Shown here in pieces: positions 12,301 through 25,969 of a stretch of DNA of 64,000 nt. Origin of the DNA: Leidyana gryllorum EB-2025a (Eukaryota > Protista > Apicomplexa). Both the position numbers and the translations under genes were made by a program. Each line of letters opens with the position of its first letter. Position 1 is the stretch's first letter. The stretch is taken from positions 1,178,001 through 1,242,000 of the forward strand of contig JBLWGC010000230.1 of the NCBI GenBank assembly GCA_048772705.1, written 5' to 3'. The notes beneath the pieces are model-generated. The model had not been told where the DNA came from and did no database searches. It saw nothing but the letters and a program-made list of their open reading frames with translations.

Positions 12301-15300
12301 GAGGTGAGTGCATCACTCTCTCGATCCGCAAAATGACTCGTTTGTCCTGCAGGCCCAATTGGAGGAGGCGTGTGGCTTGTTGCGGTGTATGTGTGAGCTG
12401 AAGGACTGGAAAGGGATGCACTCGGTATTGACATCCAAGCTGGATGGGCTTGTGAGTCAGTGTGTGACTCTCTTTCTCCAAGGACCCACGTTTGGCGAGA
12501 CGACGATTCGTCGCGTATTACCAATACATAACGCCCTCTCACAGCCGGTGCCAAAGATATCAACATCCGCTCCATTGACTCAGATGTCAAACACATTGGA
12601 ATTGGTGAGTCAAATTTGTTGGACTCTCTCTCTCTCTCTCTCTCTCTGTCTCTTTCCCACAACTAACTCTCTCACTTCACAGAGTGGGGACAAAGATAAC
12701 ATTTATACGGACTCCCCCTGGGCCATCAAGAGTCCTCTGGAGACTATGCCAACCCCAATGGACAGAACGCGGCTGCGAAGCAATGCCAAAGAGCTCGTTC
12801 GACTCAGCTGTTTGGCCGCATTACACCTCGGAGACTGGGAGACATTCATTCAGATGGGGACACAGTTCGTCACCATCGCCAAGTCGGAGCGATGGGATGA
12901 GCTCAGCATCGGTTACAGGTCGAGACGAACTTCGGACGACATACGACGGGCTCTGGCAGTGGCAAACACTAAGAGTACCGATCTATTGTGTGAGTTGTTG
13001 TCATTGTGAGATTACTCCATTTCTTCTTGACAGCGACTGGCGAGTTGGACGACAGTCGAGCTTTGAGCAACGACACTCCACTGACGGATTTGGATCTGAT
13101 ACTGTACGGACCGTTCGGAGTGTTGGTGACAGAGGCTCCATTCTTCAACTTGCTGATCTCAATCATTCAACGCCATGTAGTCAAGAGTCGGTCGCTGTTG
13201 TTCGAGGCAATGGAATCGTTCGCTCGCAAGTTTGCCAACACGGCGATCTCAGTAAAGGCCTCAGAGACAATGTGAGTTAAATGGCGGCTGTATAAAGTGA
13301 CCTGCGGTTCACAATGTCCCTCTTCAGGCAAGGATTGGCATTGCTGCGGGCTCAACAATTCGCTGAGTTCAATGAGATGATAGAGTGTCTCGAGACTCCT
13401 CAGGTTACAGAAGATGAGAGCTGCCTATTGACTGGTGAGATTAAGAGACTGTGGGATTTCCGGGACGAATACTCAATGTGGAAGTCTCCTGATATCGCAT
13501 TGACTCTGCTGACGGTGAGTCGGGAAGGGGTGTTCTCTGATTTGCTGCTGACACTCGGATGTGTATTCTCTGCAGCCTCGGAGTGTGGCATTACCTCCCG
13601 CAATGCGCCCGATGCCCTGGTTGACACTGGCTGAGCTCTGTGAGGGAGACGACAAGGAGCCCTTCGCTCGGCAACTTGAGGAAATGTTAGTCAGCTCAGA
13701 CAAGTATCCCCCAGTTGCGATCGCGTGGCTGAAATATCTATTGACTCTCTTCTGGAGCGAGTACAGAGCGTCCGGATTGAATGCCATTCACCGCACCCGT
13801 GACAGCAAAACGCGATTCTCTCTGGATCAGCTACGCGCATATCGCGGACTCTTCGACTTCAACGACGCCATTCTGACTCATATGCGCAACAAAGGCATTG
13901 ACTCGTGTATGGATCAGGAGACGGCTAAACTATTGTATCAATCACTGAGCCCGAGGTTTGCCATTTTCTCAAATGGCCCATACACTCCGCTGCTCAACTC
14001 GTTGGAAGAAGCCGGATCGATTCTGCAGCTGGACGAGACACATCTTCTGGACACTTCCACAATGCAAAAGATGACTTTCTCGCCCGATAATGGCGACGAA
14101 CAGTATTGTCTGTCCCAATCATGGCGTCATCTCGCTCAATGGACTCGCGAATTCTGCTTCCACAACTGTCTCTTCTCCAGCACGGGCTCCTTTCACAAAC
14201 GGGGGACTCCCACAGCGAGTTCTCACTGGAACGACAGCGTGGAAGGAGACCGTAGCGGCGAGAGACCACTTGTGCGCGCCTATCCCACGAGACACACACT
14301 CTTCTCCATATACGCCGTCCTCGTCATGACTCTCACCAAGGTGGAACCGACTGACGCACGTGCGTGGCAGGCGTTGGCACAACTAAACTACGACATCGTC
14401 AAAGAGGCACGGAAACGGCCCGCTGGTGACAGAGAGGATAGCAGTATCGATGCACCTTTGCTGCCGAATGTTTCTGAGGAGACTCGAGCAGCCGCCAACG
14501 AAAGTGACTCGGTGGACCCGCTATTGCCCCCGACGAGCTGCGCAGATTGCCAAAGATTGGGTCATCTGATATGTGGGGTGGAGTGCGACACCGACGTTGT
14601 TCACTCCAACAGTGAGGAATGTATCAATACCAGCGACCGGGTTGTACTCCACTGTGTTCGTGAAGCGGTTAAATGCTTCTTGCAATGCATCAAGTTATCA
14701 GAAGATGTCACAGGTTTGGCCGTGTTTGCGTTACTGCTGAGAGTGCTGAACATCTGGTTTGAGGCTTGGCATTATCAGCCTCTGAACGATCTAATTCTGC
14801 GTAATGTCAGAGAGATCCCGACCACAGTATGGGTTCGGGTGGTACCACAGCTGTTGAGTCGATTGAGTCTGCGGAAACAGTCGATATTGCCCGTATTGAG
14901 AGCGATCTTTGCTCAAATGGTCCAAGAAAAGCCCCAAGCCCTCATCTTCCCCCTCGGTGTCTCGGCCGAATCTCCCTATGACGATTTCAGTGAACCGGCC
15001 AGGAGACTGCTGGTCGACTTTGAGTCAATGCATCCGGTGAGTGACTTTTCGGCGGTGATGGTTTGTTTGACTGTATTTATGCTGTTCCATCGTAGCAACT
15101 GGTTGAGGAGTCACTGTGTTTCATCCGCGGAATGAAGCAAACGGCTATCTCTCCGCATGAGGCGTGGTATATAGTCTTGGATGAAGCAGCGAGAAAGTTG
15201 TTCGAGGATGAGACTCCAGACGACCCTAAGGCTGTTGAGATGCTGTTGAACGCGTATAAAGTGTTTGCAGAAATGCAGCGATCTCCAGCGTTGGCAGCAT

Positions 15301-16847
15301 TTATGAGTGATTTCAGTGAAAGCCTAACCAGTGCCCGCTATACACTGGAGGAGTATCACCGATCGAAGGACAGTACACTCCTCCATGTGATGTGGGGGCT
15401 GTTCCATGAGATCTATACGGCCATTTGGAAGGGCAGAGACAAACGTACACAGTTCAGTCTCTGGGAACAGGCACCAGACGTGGCCAAGAAGGTCGACTGG
15501 AATCTCGCTGTCCCGGGAGAATACAAACCCGGTGACGAGAACAGTCCCTGTATCTTTGCCTTTTTGTCTCGAGTGAAGATCCTCGGGAGCAAACAGAAAC
15601 CTCGCTACCTCGAGTTGCTGGGCTCCGATGGGCACACATATGGATGTCTTCTCAAGGGTCACGAGGATTTGAGACAGGATGAGAGGGCGCTACAAGTGCT
15701 ACACTTCCTGGATCAGTTGATGCAGGGCTGTTTCTCCGAAACACAAGCCGCTCGTTATGTTTCTCCATTCGTCTCCATCACCGCCAGTCTCGTTATAATG
15801 CCCGGAGCTGCGATATCCACCGGCGCGGCTGTTCCACGATTCAATCCCGATGTCGTCAACAAGATTATATACCCCATAGTTGTGCCCTTATCGGACTCAG
15901 TTGGCATTATCCAATGGTTACCCGGCGGAGACACTCTCCACCAACTAGTCAAAGACTATCGCTCCACTCTGCGACCCCCGCGACTGGTCACCCTCGAGCT
16001 CAAGATGATCAAAGACTGTTGCCCAGAGTTTGACAATCTCAACGCATTATGCAAATACGAAATATTCACAGACATGCAGGAACGAACCACCAGTGAAGAT
16101 ATTCGAGTAATGCTTCTGTGGCAAGCGAGACACTCTCCAGCCGTCTTGACAAACGGGCTAAGCAGCTGGTTCAGACGAAGATCTGAATTCAGTCGTTCTC
16201 TCGGTGTCATGTCGGTATTTGGCTATGTCTTGGGACTCGGCGACCGACACCCGAGTAACATAATGATCGATCGGCCAACAGGCGGAGTTGTACACATTGA
16301 CTTTGGTGACTGTTTCGAAGTCGCGTCCCTTAGACCTCGTTTCCCAGAAAGATTCCCCTTCCGGTAAGCATTCATATCTCAAGTTTTTGCCTCCACTCTG
16401 TCTGTGGTCTGTCCAACAATTCTCTCTCATTCACATTCTCTCGGCAGATTAACTCGAATGCTGGTGGAGGCATTGGGCCCGGCCGGATATGAAGGAGCGT
16501 TCCGGATGACGTGCATTCGAACACTGGATATGATTCGATCCAATAGAGAGCTCATTTTGGCCATCCTCGACACGTTCCTGTTCGACCCATTGACCAGCTG
16601 GAAGACTCTGTTGCCCTATGTCGACGATCTGAAAGCGAGTCTCGGAGTTCCGTACGGCAAGACTACCGGCAGTGACGAGTTGGATGACTGTGCGGCTGCA
16701 ATTCTGGACATTGCCTCTCGCAAACTCTTGGGTATCGAGGATGGAGAGCTCGTGACTGTGGAGACCCAAGTAGCAAATCTGATCGCGAAAGCCACAGACC
16801 CCCTGAATCTTGCACAGGCCTTCGTGGGATGGCACCCGTTCTGGTAG
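3380..16847 (+). CDS. TOR: Target of rapamycin (PIKK) kinase, very large, many introns
   Basis: FAT-end WVRVVPQLLSRL..PQALIFPL; FRB-like AISPHEAWYIVLDEAARKLF; kinase motifs SKQKPR, LLKGHEDLRQDER, GLGDRHPSN, HIDFGDCFEVA and PERFPFR|LTRM; FATC ending AFVGWHPFW*. Continuity of the 5' exons from 3380 is inferred from uninterrupted plus-strand ORFs separated by short introns. Confidence 0.9.
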
Positions 16848-16859
16848 TCGAGTCGGCGA

Positions 16860-19800
16860 CTACTGGAACTGGAAGAAGAGACCTGGACTGAGCACCCCCA
16901 CGACGAATATGAAAATGAAGAGAATAAATGTGAACAACACTCGGATCCGGAACCACCACCCCGAGTAGTTCGTGGCTGAAGTACCCGAGCCCAGAAAATC
17001 CTCCCACTTCCGCCCAGGGACGGGCACAATAAGCTGAGGATCTCTATTGGGCTCGTCTCTAGCCATGCCAACCGGCCGCCCGGCTGCTTCGGATTGCACG
17101 ACGAACTGAAAAGTGGTTTGAACGTATCCTTGAACCTCTTCAGGATCCTCTGCACCAATATTCTTGACAGGCAATGCGACATTATAGTCTCGCCTGTCGA
17201 GCGTCTCGGCGACTTTCGCGCAGTGTCGGCTTAGATCCAAGGTCACCTCTCCCACCATCTCGCCCGCTCCCAGCGTCTCGAAGTGCAACGCCTGTATGTT
17301 CAGGATGCACGTCGTCACCGGAGTAACAATCTTGGAGTATACCATACGATATTCGAACAGAGCATTCCCGTTCTTGGAGTTGAAATGCACATCCGTTTCT
17401 TGAGTGGTGGCCTGCTTCCCCTGATAGCCGCCGCAGTCCAAATTCACTCGGACTTTGGCATTTATGTACCCACGCGAGCCAGTGTTGAGCCCTTCACATC
17501 CCCATATCACCAGCCTCAATTCTATCTCAACGGGTGGAGGAAGTTTCAACTCAAACGGGGGCACCTCAGCCGCACGCGCAGCAGTGAGCATATCAATCCA
17601 AAGTGCGATACTCCCAGTCGAGTTCACACCATCGGGAGAAATATAGAGAGGACGTATCTCGATAGGAACTACCTGATTGTTCATCACTGTGTTCCACACA
17701 GGACTATACCACCGTTGTTCGAGGTCTATCGTAGTGCTACCTATGAGGAAATCTTCAGAGGTCTGGTTCAGAGGGCTCCGAGACCACACAGCTATATTCA
17801 GGTGACTGCCTTCCGGAAAGTGTACATCCTGCTCAAGAACTGTCATAAAGTTCGGGTTATTCGTTTCCGTCCGGGCGCTACCCCGCTGACTCTGTGTGCT
17901 AGAATCACCAAACGTCGCCACCAAGTAAGGATTCAACGGTGGATTATAGCCCAACTTCTGGACCTTTCCTGACGCCGTGATCAGCCATGGACATACCAAT
18001 GTGTTGCACCGCAACACATATACCCTAACACGTAATCCTTTCGGGTACCCTCCTGTGTTCTTTAGCCGTTCTCGCATCGCCGTGCTGCTCAGGACTAATC
18101 GTGAGTACTCTTGTGGAACTGATGTCGTCAAAGGCCACGGACAAGGCACCTCTTTTCGCTGTTCCACACCATCAACGATCTCTGTCTCCATTATCGAGCC
18201 ACCTCCAATTCCGAACTCCAAGCGCACACTTCCTGCCTTCAACAGACTACCATTGCAAAAGAACGGATCTTTCTCCAGAACCTCCATCGGTCGGTAAAGC
18301 GGACGCTCGGCCCACAGAATATCCGGCAACGTGTTCTCCATACAACAATCAATAGTCACGCGCTCCTCAGTCCCCAGATTCCGTTCTGCTTTGCCCTCTG
18401 CATACAACACATATTTGGGAGGAATCCGCAAATTCGGATTGTGTAACGCTGTCAGCACGGGATTTAATTCGTGACCCAATTCCTGCAACTCAGCTTCACA
18501 GCTGTGGTACACAACCGGCAATCCGTCCTCCCCAATCAACCCTTTCTTCTTCTCTGTGGGCTTCACCGGCCCCGTCAGACCTGTGGCTACAACCGCCAAA
18601 TCGCTCTCTGTTGCCTCTGTCGATTGAGAGTTGGACCGCTCCAAATTCAAATCAGCCGAGGCTATAGCCGACAGTGCTGCACACCGTGCAGACGTCGCTT
18701 TCAACTCTATGGCTTTGAGTTTCGCCACCTTCAGAGCCTCGTCTCGCGCACGAGCCATGGCCGTTAAACTCATTTTCTCCGTATAACTGGCGCGGGGTGT
18801 CAGGATGGCTTTCAGATTCCGCTTCTCCCGATCGCTCAGCCACGGCAGTGACTCTGTCACTGAGATAGCAGCTTCACCCACAAAGTTGGCCGGAATTTCG
18901 TCACCAGCGTAGACCTGAAATCAGAGAGAGACACTATTATTGGTACAGACAGAGCGATCAGAGCCATCAGAACAATCAGAGCGACATCACATATGTGGTC
19001 AAAACGATCGATCGATCGCTCGCGCGCGCGAAAACAAACTCACCCGAATCACAAAGTGCGGATCAAAGATTGGATCTTTGGGGACTTTGCAGACCAAATT
19101 TATGCCCTCCTTGAAGTTGAAATTGCCAAACTTGCGCAAAGATCTCCAGCTCTCGTTCCGATCTAATGTTCGATCGGCGGCTCTGACGTTTGTGCTGTCT
19201 GACCAGACTCTGTCATCCGCAATGTCGGCCGGGCTGCCAATCATATTGGTATAGTCGGGGAAACTGATTTTTATGTGAGGCTTCTCACTGGCCCCATCAC
19301 CGAATACATTTCGCCGGCTCAGAACGTTTAGATTGGAAGCTCGTTCTGACGCTTTGGAGCCCGCGGGGGGAGCCAAGAGCATTCTCAAACCCCAAATTCC
19401 GATACGTAGGGGGACGCTGACTATATCAGGCAACATTCGTGAGGGGTGGAGCTCTTTGGCATCATCGTCTCGTAGAAGCTCCAAAGCAATCAGCACATCA
19501 CCACAGGGGCTCACTGGGATTGGAGTCTCCCGAGTGCTGGAAGCGTATCCCCAAGTGTAGCTCGGGTCGACGGGTTGTTCATTGACATCACGTTTGAGCT
19601 CCAACCATTCAGGACGAATGGTCGCCAATTGTTTCTTTCGGACTTCCAACTTGCCGATGACACGAGTATACGTGGCTATGGTTCTTCCCAACACCACTTC
19701 ATCCTTCCACTTCCCGTTGCTCCTCAATTTGGCGCTCACAACCTCAACGGTGACCGGCGTGACCGCAGGGATACCCTCGTACGCATCCAAAGCCAAACGA

Positions 19801-21943
19801 CATCGTAATGACAAACATTGGGTCCACACGGGGAATCGAGTGCTCGCGGCCACTTCAGTACGCTGGGAGGTTCCGGCACAGCTGACTCGAACAAACGGGT
19901 TGGGGAAGACAGATTTGTCAACGTTCGAACGCGGGATGAAATTCAGATGGCGGGCTGCGTAGATGAAACACCGCAGTAAGTAAGAAGCAAAGACCATTCG
20001 GCGTCGGCGACCGCGAATGGGGTTCTCGGTTTTGGCACGTTCCAATGTAATCAGCAGACTGCCAATGGTGGATTTGCTGCGGTGCGTCATGGTGGGATAC
20101 AGCGGGAGCCAAATTGGGGGGCCCGCCTGCAGAGAGTCTGTCGGGATCGGCACATCTCTGGATTTGACCCTTCGGTAGCCAATGCGATAGTCTCTGCCGG
20201 ATTTTTCTCGCGAGAAGACATCAATCATCACATCGGGATGCTGCTTATCGTCCACAGGAAGCTATCGAAAAGGAGCAGAAACTGGTTGAGAATGACGAAT
20301 GACTCACCGAAACGGGCAGTGGACTCATCCGACCCCAGGCCGCTTCCCAGTTATACCTCTTGACGCTGTCTGATGACACCACTTCCGTATTGCTGGTGTG
20401 GGAGTCCCTTTTGTTCGTGTAGACGTCAACGGCCCTGATTTTACAGCCTTCACCACCGCCACAGGTGATACGGATCCATATCCGGCCTGGTTCAACTTGA
20501 TAACCTTTGGAGGCAGAGACGGCGTCCCAATTGATCTCGGCATCGAATATGTCGGCAAAGTATGTCACCGTCCGAGGCGCAGCCTCCTCTCCCGCACGGG
20601 TGGCAACACGTTGAGCCACGCGTTGTCCCTCAAGTTGGGGCACTTTGCTGACACGAGCCGACAACAGGAGTCGGCCGAGGTAACAAGACGGCTCGGGAGA
20701 TGTCATTCGGGCGAGATCGCTCTCAGTCAGGCTCGCCTGCTCAACTGGGTCGAGTCCATAAAAGTGTATCCAACGAGCACCGAGGGGACGGGACTTGACA
20801 TGAGTGAAACTCATGCTGCCTCGGGCCACCAACTCCCCACGTCGGGCGAATGTCCCATTCCACAGTCCCACAACAATCGTATCGTTTATAACAGGAGTCT
20901 GGACCGGGATTTTGAAACCCTCATTGAAGGTGTGCTCCTTGGTCGCCACCGCGTGAGACTGGAAGAGAGATTGGGGATAGTGGGAAGGTGCCACGACTCA
21001 CACTCTCCATGCGTATGTTATTGAATTCACAGACTACATATGGATTGGATTCACCGGTGCCTAAGTATAGTGCCTCGATCCGGTAAATGGAAATCCATAA
21101 CCAATAGGCCTGAGTGGACTCGTGTGCCACAGGTTCTGGAAGATATCAGATCACTTTCTGATGAGCCTCTGATTCGATACTCACTGCCCGTAGTCAAGAT
21201 TACATCCTCCATATGCTCTGGTAAGTCGGTGACCGCCGCTCTGTAGTCAACAAGTTTATAGGGCAAAACTCGCTCGACCCGCCACTCACTCATCGCCGGC
21301 TGTGGGGATAAAGACTTCGCCGCCTCCTATGACATAGAGAGTGACAGACAGTGTACCGCAGCTGTCAGCTCGTCCAGGGCGCATTAACGGGAGACTATAC
21401 CTACACAGGGTGTGAGAGCCGTTCCGAGATCACACACAACCCTACTTTCTGGACTGCTTGCCCTGCCTGTTCAAGATGTCCTGTACTGAAGGTGTGAGAG
21501 CAGATATGCATCGATGACAGCAGTATTACATTTTATATTGCACGAGCCAAGAGTGTCATTCGTTGTGAAGGGATTAGCCGCTTGAAGCTCAAATTCTATC
21601 GCGGCCAACTGAAGTGCCTGGAGAAAGAGGGGTGCACATAACAGAAAAAGAGACGAACCTCCTTGCTAAACTCGAGATCGGCCCAAGTGTGTGAATGCTC
21701 AAAGGACACGATACCGCTCTTGTCGCTGGTGCAGCCGATACAAGCAGATGAGCAGGAAGACAAACTCACTATTTCACGGGCGACCGATCCACTCGGCCCG
21801 CACAGCGAATCACAACAACCTGGGAAGCAGCGCCATATGTGAAGCCAGCCGTCCGACTTTCTCACAGGATCGATTGGCCTGCCATCAGGCGTGGCCATAT
21901 CACGGATCTCATGGATTGTAAACGATACAGAGTATGTGGCCAT
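16860..21943 (-). CDS. Ferlin (multi-C2-domain, C-terminal tail anchor)
   Basis: Repeated C2 domains (YRIEAL..NPYVVCEF; FIYAARHL..NPFVRVSC; RVYVLRC..NPYLVATF..GSTTIDLEQRWYS; ELRLVIW..TQETDVHF) and a C-terminal TM segment RVLFTFILFIFIFVVGVL. Start MATYSVSFTIHE at 21943. Confidence 0.9.
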
Positions 21944-21991
21944 GGAAGTGCGAGTTGAAATTGGCACCGGTGGATGGTGCAATTGTGTATT

Positions 21992-23878
21992 CTACTTTTG
22001 ATTAGCTCCCGTGAATGTGAAGCCGGGAAACATGCTGTCAGCGGAACTCTCTGAATCACACCAATCTGAGCAGAAGCCTCGCACTGAACACTCACCCGCC
22101 GTTCCAGACTCGACCCAGCTGTTTTGAATCGCAATATCTGTGAACTCCCCAAAGTTTCGCACATCAGCCGGCGATTTTAAGATAGGCTTGAATGGTGGAG
22201 TAGTACGCTTGTGCAGCACGTCGTCCCAATTCACATTAGCGAAGAATAGGTGCTCTTTGACTTCAGCAGCATCGCGGCGGCCTCCGCCGAGCCTTCGATC
22301 CGGATTTCGATTAAACAAGCCAATCAATAGATCCTTCGCCGTTGGGCTTATGAATGCAGGGAAGCGTAACTCGCCCCTACGATGGCAGAATAGCAGTAAT
22401 TACGATTTCATGTCAAGAGGAAGAAACCATTCGCGTCGCAGCACACACGTGTGTGTGTTGGGCAAATGTGTACAGATGTCGGTTGCCTTACCCACGGATA
22501 TTATCGAATAACCTTTCGCGGTCTTTACTGTAGAACGGAGGCAGTCCAGTTAACATTTCATAGATCAGGGCCCCGAGACTCCACCAATCCACAGCCTTGC
22601 CATGACCTTGTTGGTTTAAGATCTCAGGTGCAAGGTATTCTGGTGTCCCACACAAAGACTTAGTAGAGAAATTGTCTGAACATAGTAGATGGTTCCATTC
22701 AGAGCGAGCACTTTGTGACTCGAGTAGCGACTCACCAGCAATGCCTCCTTTGGACAAGCCGAAGTCTGTGATACGAATGTGCCCTTGAGCATCAAGCAGT
22801 ACGTTCTCCGGTTTGAGACTGGAGCGAAAGTATCGTATATGAATAAAAGTGCAAAGAACTGATGGTGTGCCACTCACTCCCTGTACACAATGTTCAATCT
22901 GTGCAGGAACTCCAGTGCAAGGACAATCTCAGCCGCATAGAAGCGTACTCGTCCCTCAGAGAATCGATTAGCTTTGCTCAAGTGGAAGAATAATTCTCCT
23001 CCGGGGCAGTACCTGGAATTGTAGAAGTACGACAGTGCTTAAATAATCGGGAGCTGTCTCACTCCATAACGAAATATAACTTCTTCGCTGTCTGGAAGGC
23101 ATAATAAAGCTCGACAATGAATGGATGTCTAATAGATTCCTGAGCAATCGATCTGTAAGATCCCTTCTTCGAGTCATAGCTCTTACCAAGACAGCACGCT
23201 CAGTACGAGTGTGTTGCACTTGATGCCGTCGCACAATATTGTCTTTGCGCAGCATTTTCATCGCATATAGGGTCTTGTCCTCATTGCTTCGGACAAGCAT
23301 CACCGTGCCTGTATAAATATTGGCGTGAGAGTACGGGGAAGGGGACGGTAAGTGTGTGACGAACCATAACTGCCTTTTCCGAGGACCTTCAAGAGAGTAA
23401 AGTCTGACGTTGTGGGCTTCCGCCGCCGTGGTTCGGTGGCTATGAACTCGGTAGGTGAGCTTTCGCTGATCGTCTCGGAGGCTATTGATTTTGGCGTCTG
23501 GCGGGCCTTCTGGGCCTCCTTCTCATTCTCCTCGTCGGTGCGCTTGTAGTTGCTCGAGCTTTTGGGTCCAGAGGTCGACTCCAGAGCTTCAATACGGTCA
23601 GTCTCCTCCTCCACAGGATCGCTCGTACGATGTGGACTGGCTACCACGGGTGAGATCGCAAAGCGGGCCGCAGAGGAGTTCGAGGCCGCAGTCGTGGTGC
23701 TGACTTCGTCAGCATTCCTGGTTTGAGTCTTAGACGGGATACCTCGTAGAGTTTCTTGAACTGGAGATGGTAGCCTTGGTGGTAACTGGGGGGCTGCAGG
23801 TTTTGATCCACCTCTCGCGCCTGCAAACAGGTCGCGAAGTTTGCGGGCTGAAGCTGAGTCAGGCGTGGTAGGCGCCAT
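21992..23878 (-). CDS. AGC-family Ser/Thr kinase, S6K/PKB-like, no recognisable PH domain
   Basis: GKGSYG|[42 protein letters not shown], and a C-tail PPFKP..FPGFTF hydrophobic motif. An alternative in-frame ATG lies at 24061. Confidence 0.9.
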
Positions 23879-24305
23879 TCCGTCGAAAAATGGTAAAAAG
23901 TGCCGCTCGTCTCTTCGGAGCTGCTGCTCTGTGCCGCATTCTAAAGGCTCTCGGACCGCTGCACCACCCACAGACGAAGAGCACACTGGGGTTAAGCCTC
24001 GACCCGCTGCCCATCCCCCATAAGCCTCGCGGAACGCTCGCAGCGTAGACAACAGAAACATTGCCGGCAACACTGAGAAAACCACAAGGTCATCTACCGA
24101 CGCCTCAAGCCTAATCACAGCACAAGCAACTTATCTATAAGCACGTCACTTCGTCACCCAAGCCGTAAATCACACGGATTTCTTGTGAGACGCAAGCAAA
24201 GTTGTTACACCACTTTGCGACACATTTGGGACGACATACTACGCCACAAGTCAAGCGCTCTGGAGCGTGGTGCTATCAAAGCACACGTGTGTGTTCATTG
24301 GGTCG

Positions 24306-25969
24306 ATGCTGGGAACTATTGTGCCCGGTGATGTAAGACTGCCCAAAGTCAACCCACGAGGGTACTTACTTCTGGCGTCGACGCCGGCAATCCTGGCAAC
24401 AGCGTCGTTGGCTCGAACAGCATTTGTTGTTCCATCTTTATTCGCCGGATTGGTTGGTATTGGGAGTTTCTTCATCACATTCAAATTAATACCGCACTTT
24501 GCCGTCAAACTCGACAAGCGCGGCTTATCGGGTAACGACTTGAATAAGCCTGGGAGTCGGGGCGTAACGGAGGTGGAGACACCAGATGGGAGCGCCACTT
24601 CGGATGAGACAACGTCTCCTGGATCTCGCCGCCGAAGGGGGCGAAACCAGGCGACCATGAGGTCCAAGGTGCCCCGGCTGGTGGTGAAAGCCCGACCAAT
24701 GTGAGCCTATTTTGAATCCACTTGGCTAATTAACGATTGATTGATAAAAGTCCTGAGGCACTGGGCGTTGTTCCAGGCTTCGTATACCTGGTGGGAGGAG
24801 TTCTTTCCTATCTGACAATTCGAGCGAATGGGTGGCCGAACGCATTGGATTATGTGTCGGGTCTCCTGTGTGTAGTATTTATCACTTTCCTGGGGTTTGT
24901 AGACGACGTATGCGAGCTGCGGTGGCGCTACAAGGTGGTACTGCCCCTTATTGGTGAGTATATCACTGGACAATACGATATTTGGTGTGTGTCAGCGTCT
25001 CTACCCTTACTAATTATATACGATGGACCGACGAGTGTTATTGTTCCGTCCGCGCTGAAAAGACCGATCCTGGAAGTGCTCTCGCTAGAGGCGGGGGACA
25101 GTCCTTTAGTGTTACAGTTGGGGATTCTATACTATGCCTATATGGCGAGTCTGACGATTTTCTGCTCGAATGCGATCAACATTTACGCTGGTGAGTCCGA
25201 AATAGCTCAAAGTACCGTTCGGTGTGGTTACACAGCGTCTCTATGCAATCTCCACCCATTTCCCGAATTCAGGGCTGAACGGTTTGGAAGTTGGTCAGTC
25301 CATCGCAATTGCGGTAGCTATTATAATCCATAATGCAACAGTAAGCTAAGACCCGCGGTGGTACGCAAAGTGTCGCTCTGCTTTTCAGGAGATGCTAATC
25401 AATTCTCCCGATAGCCAAACCTCGCGGCAGCATTGTCTAAGTCTGATACTCAATGTTGTTTTTCTGAGTTGTGCTGGGGCTTTGTATGCCTACAACCGCT
25501 TCCCCTCCTCTGTCTTTGTCGGTGACACGTTCACATACTTTGCGGTAAGATGTCCATTGGTCTCACGGAACGTTCTTTGGTTTGCCAGGGAGTCCACTTC
25601 GCAGTTGTGGGAATTCTTGGCCACTTTGCCAAGACCCTTCTCCTCTTCTTCTTGCCGCAGATAGTGAACTTTATAGTGTCCCTTCCCCAGGTGAGCAGTG
25701 ATCCTCACTCGAATTGTCTGATTTGACGGCCTCTTTTTCAGCTCTTGGGCTTCCGACCCTGCCCCCGCCACCGGGTGCCCATCTTGAATGAAGCCACAGG
25801 CAAACTTGAGGCCTCTCCCAACCTCACAGTGATGAATCTCACACTGCGAATCCTAGGGCCCATGTCGGAGAAAGCTTTGGTCGATCTCCTGATCGGTGCG
25901 CAAGTGGTTTGCTGCGGATTTGCACTCGCTCTCCGATACTCTCCGATCTATAAGACCTTGTTTCTGTGA
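24306..25969 (+). CDS. DPAGT1: UDP-GlcNAc:dolichyl-phosphate GlcNAc-1-phosphotransferase (ALG7/DPAGT1)
   Basis: [39 protein letters not shown]|[28 protein letters not shown] and NLTVMNL. Confidence 0.93.
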
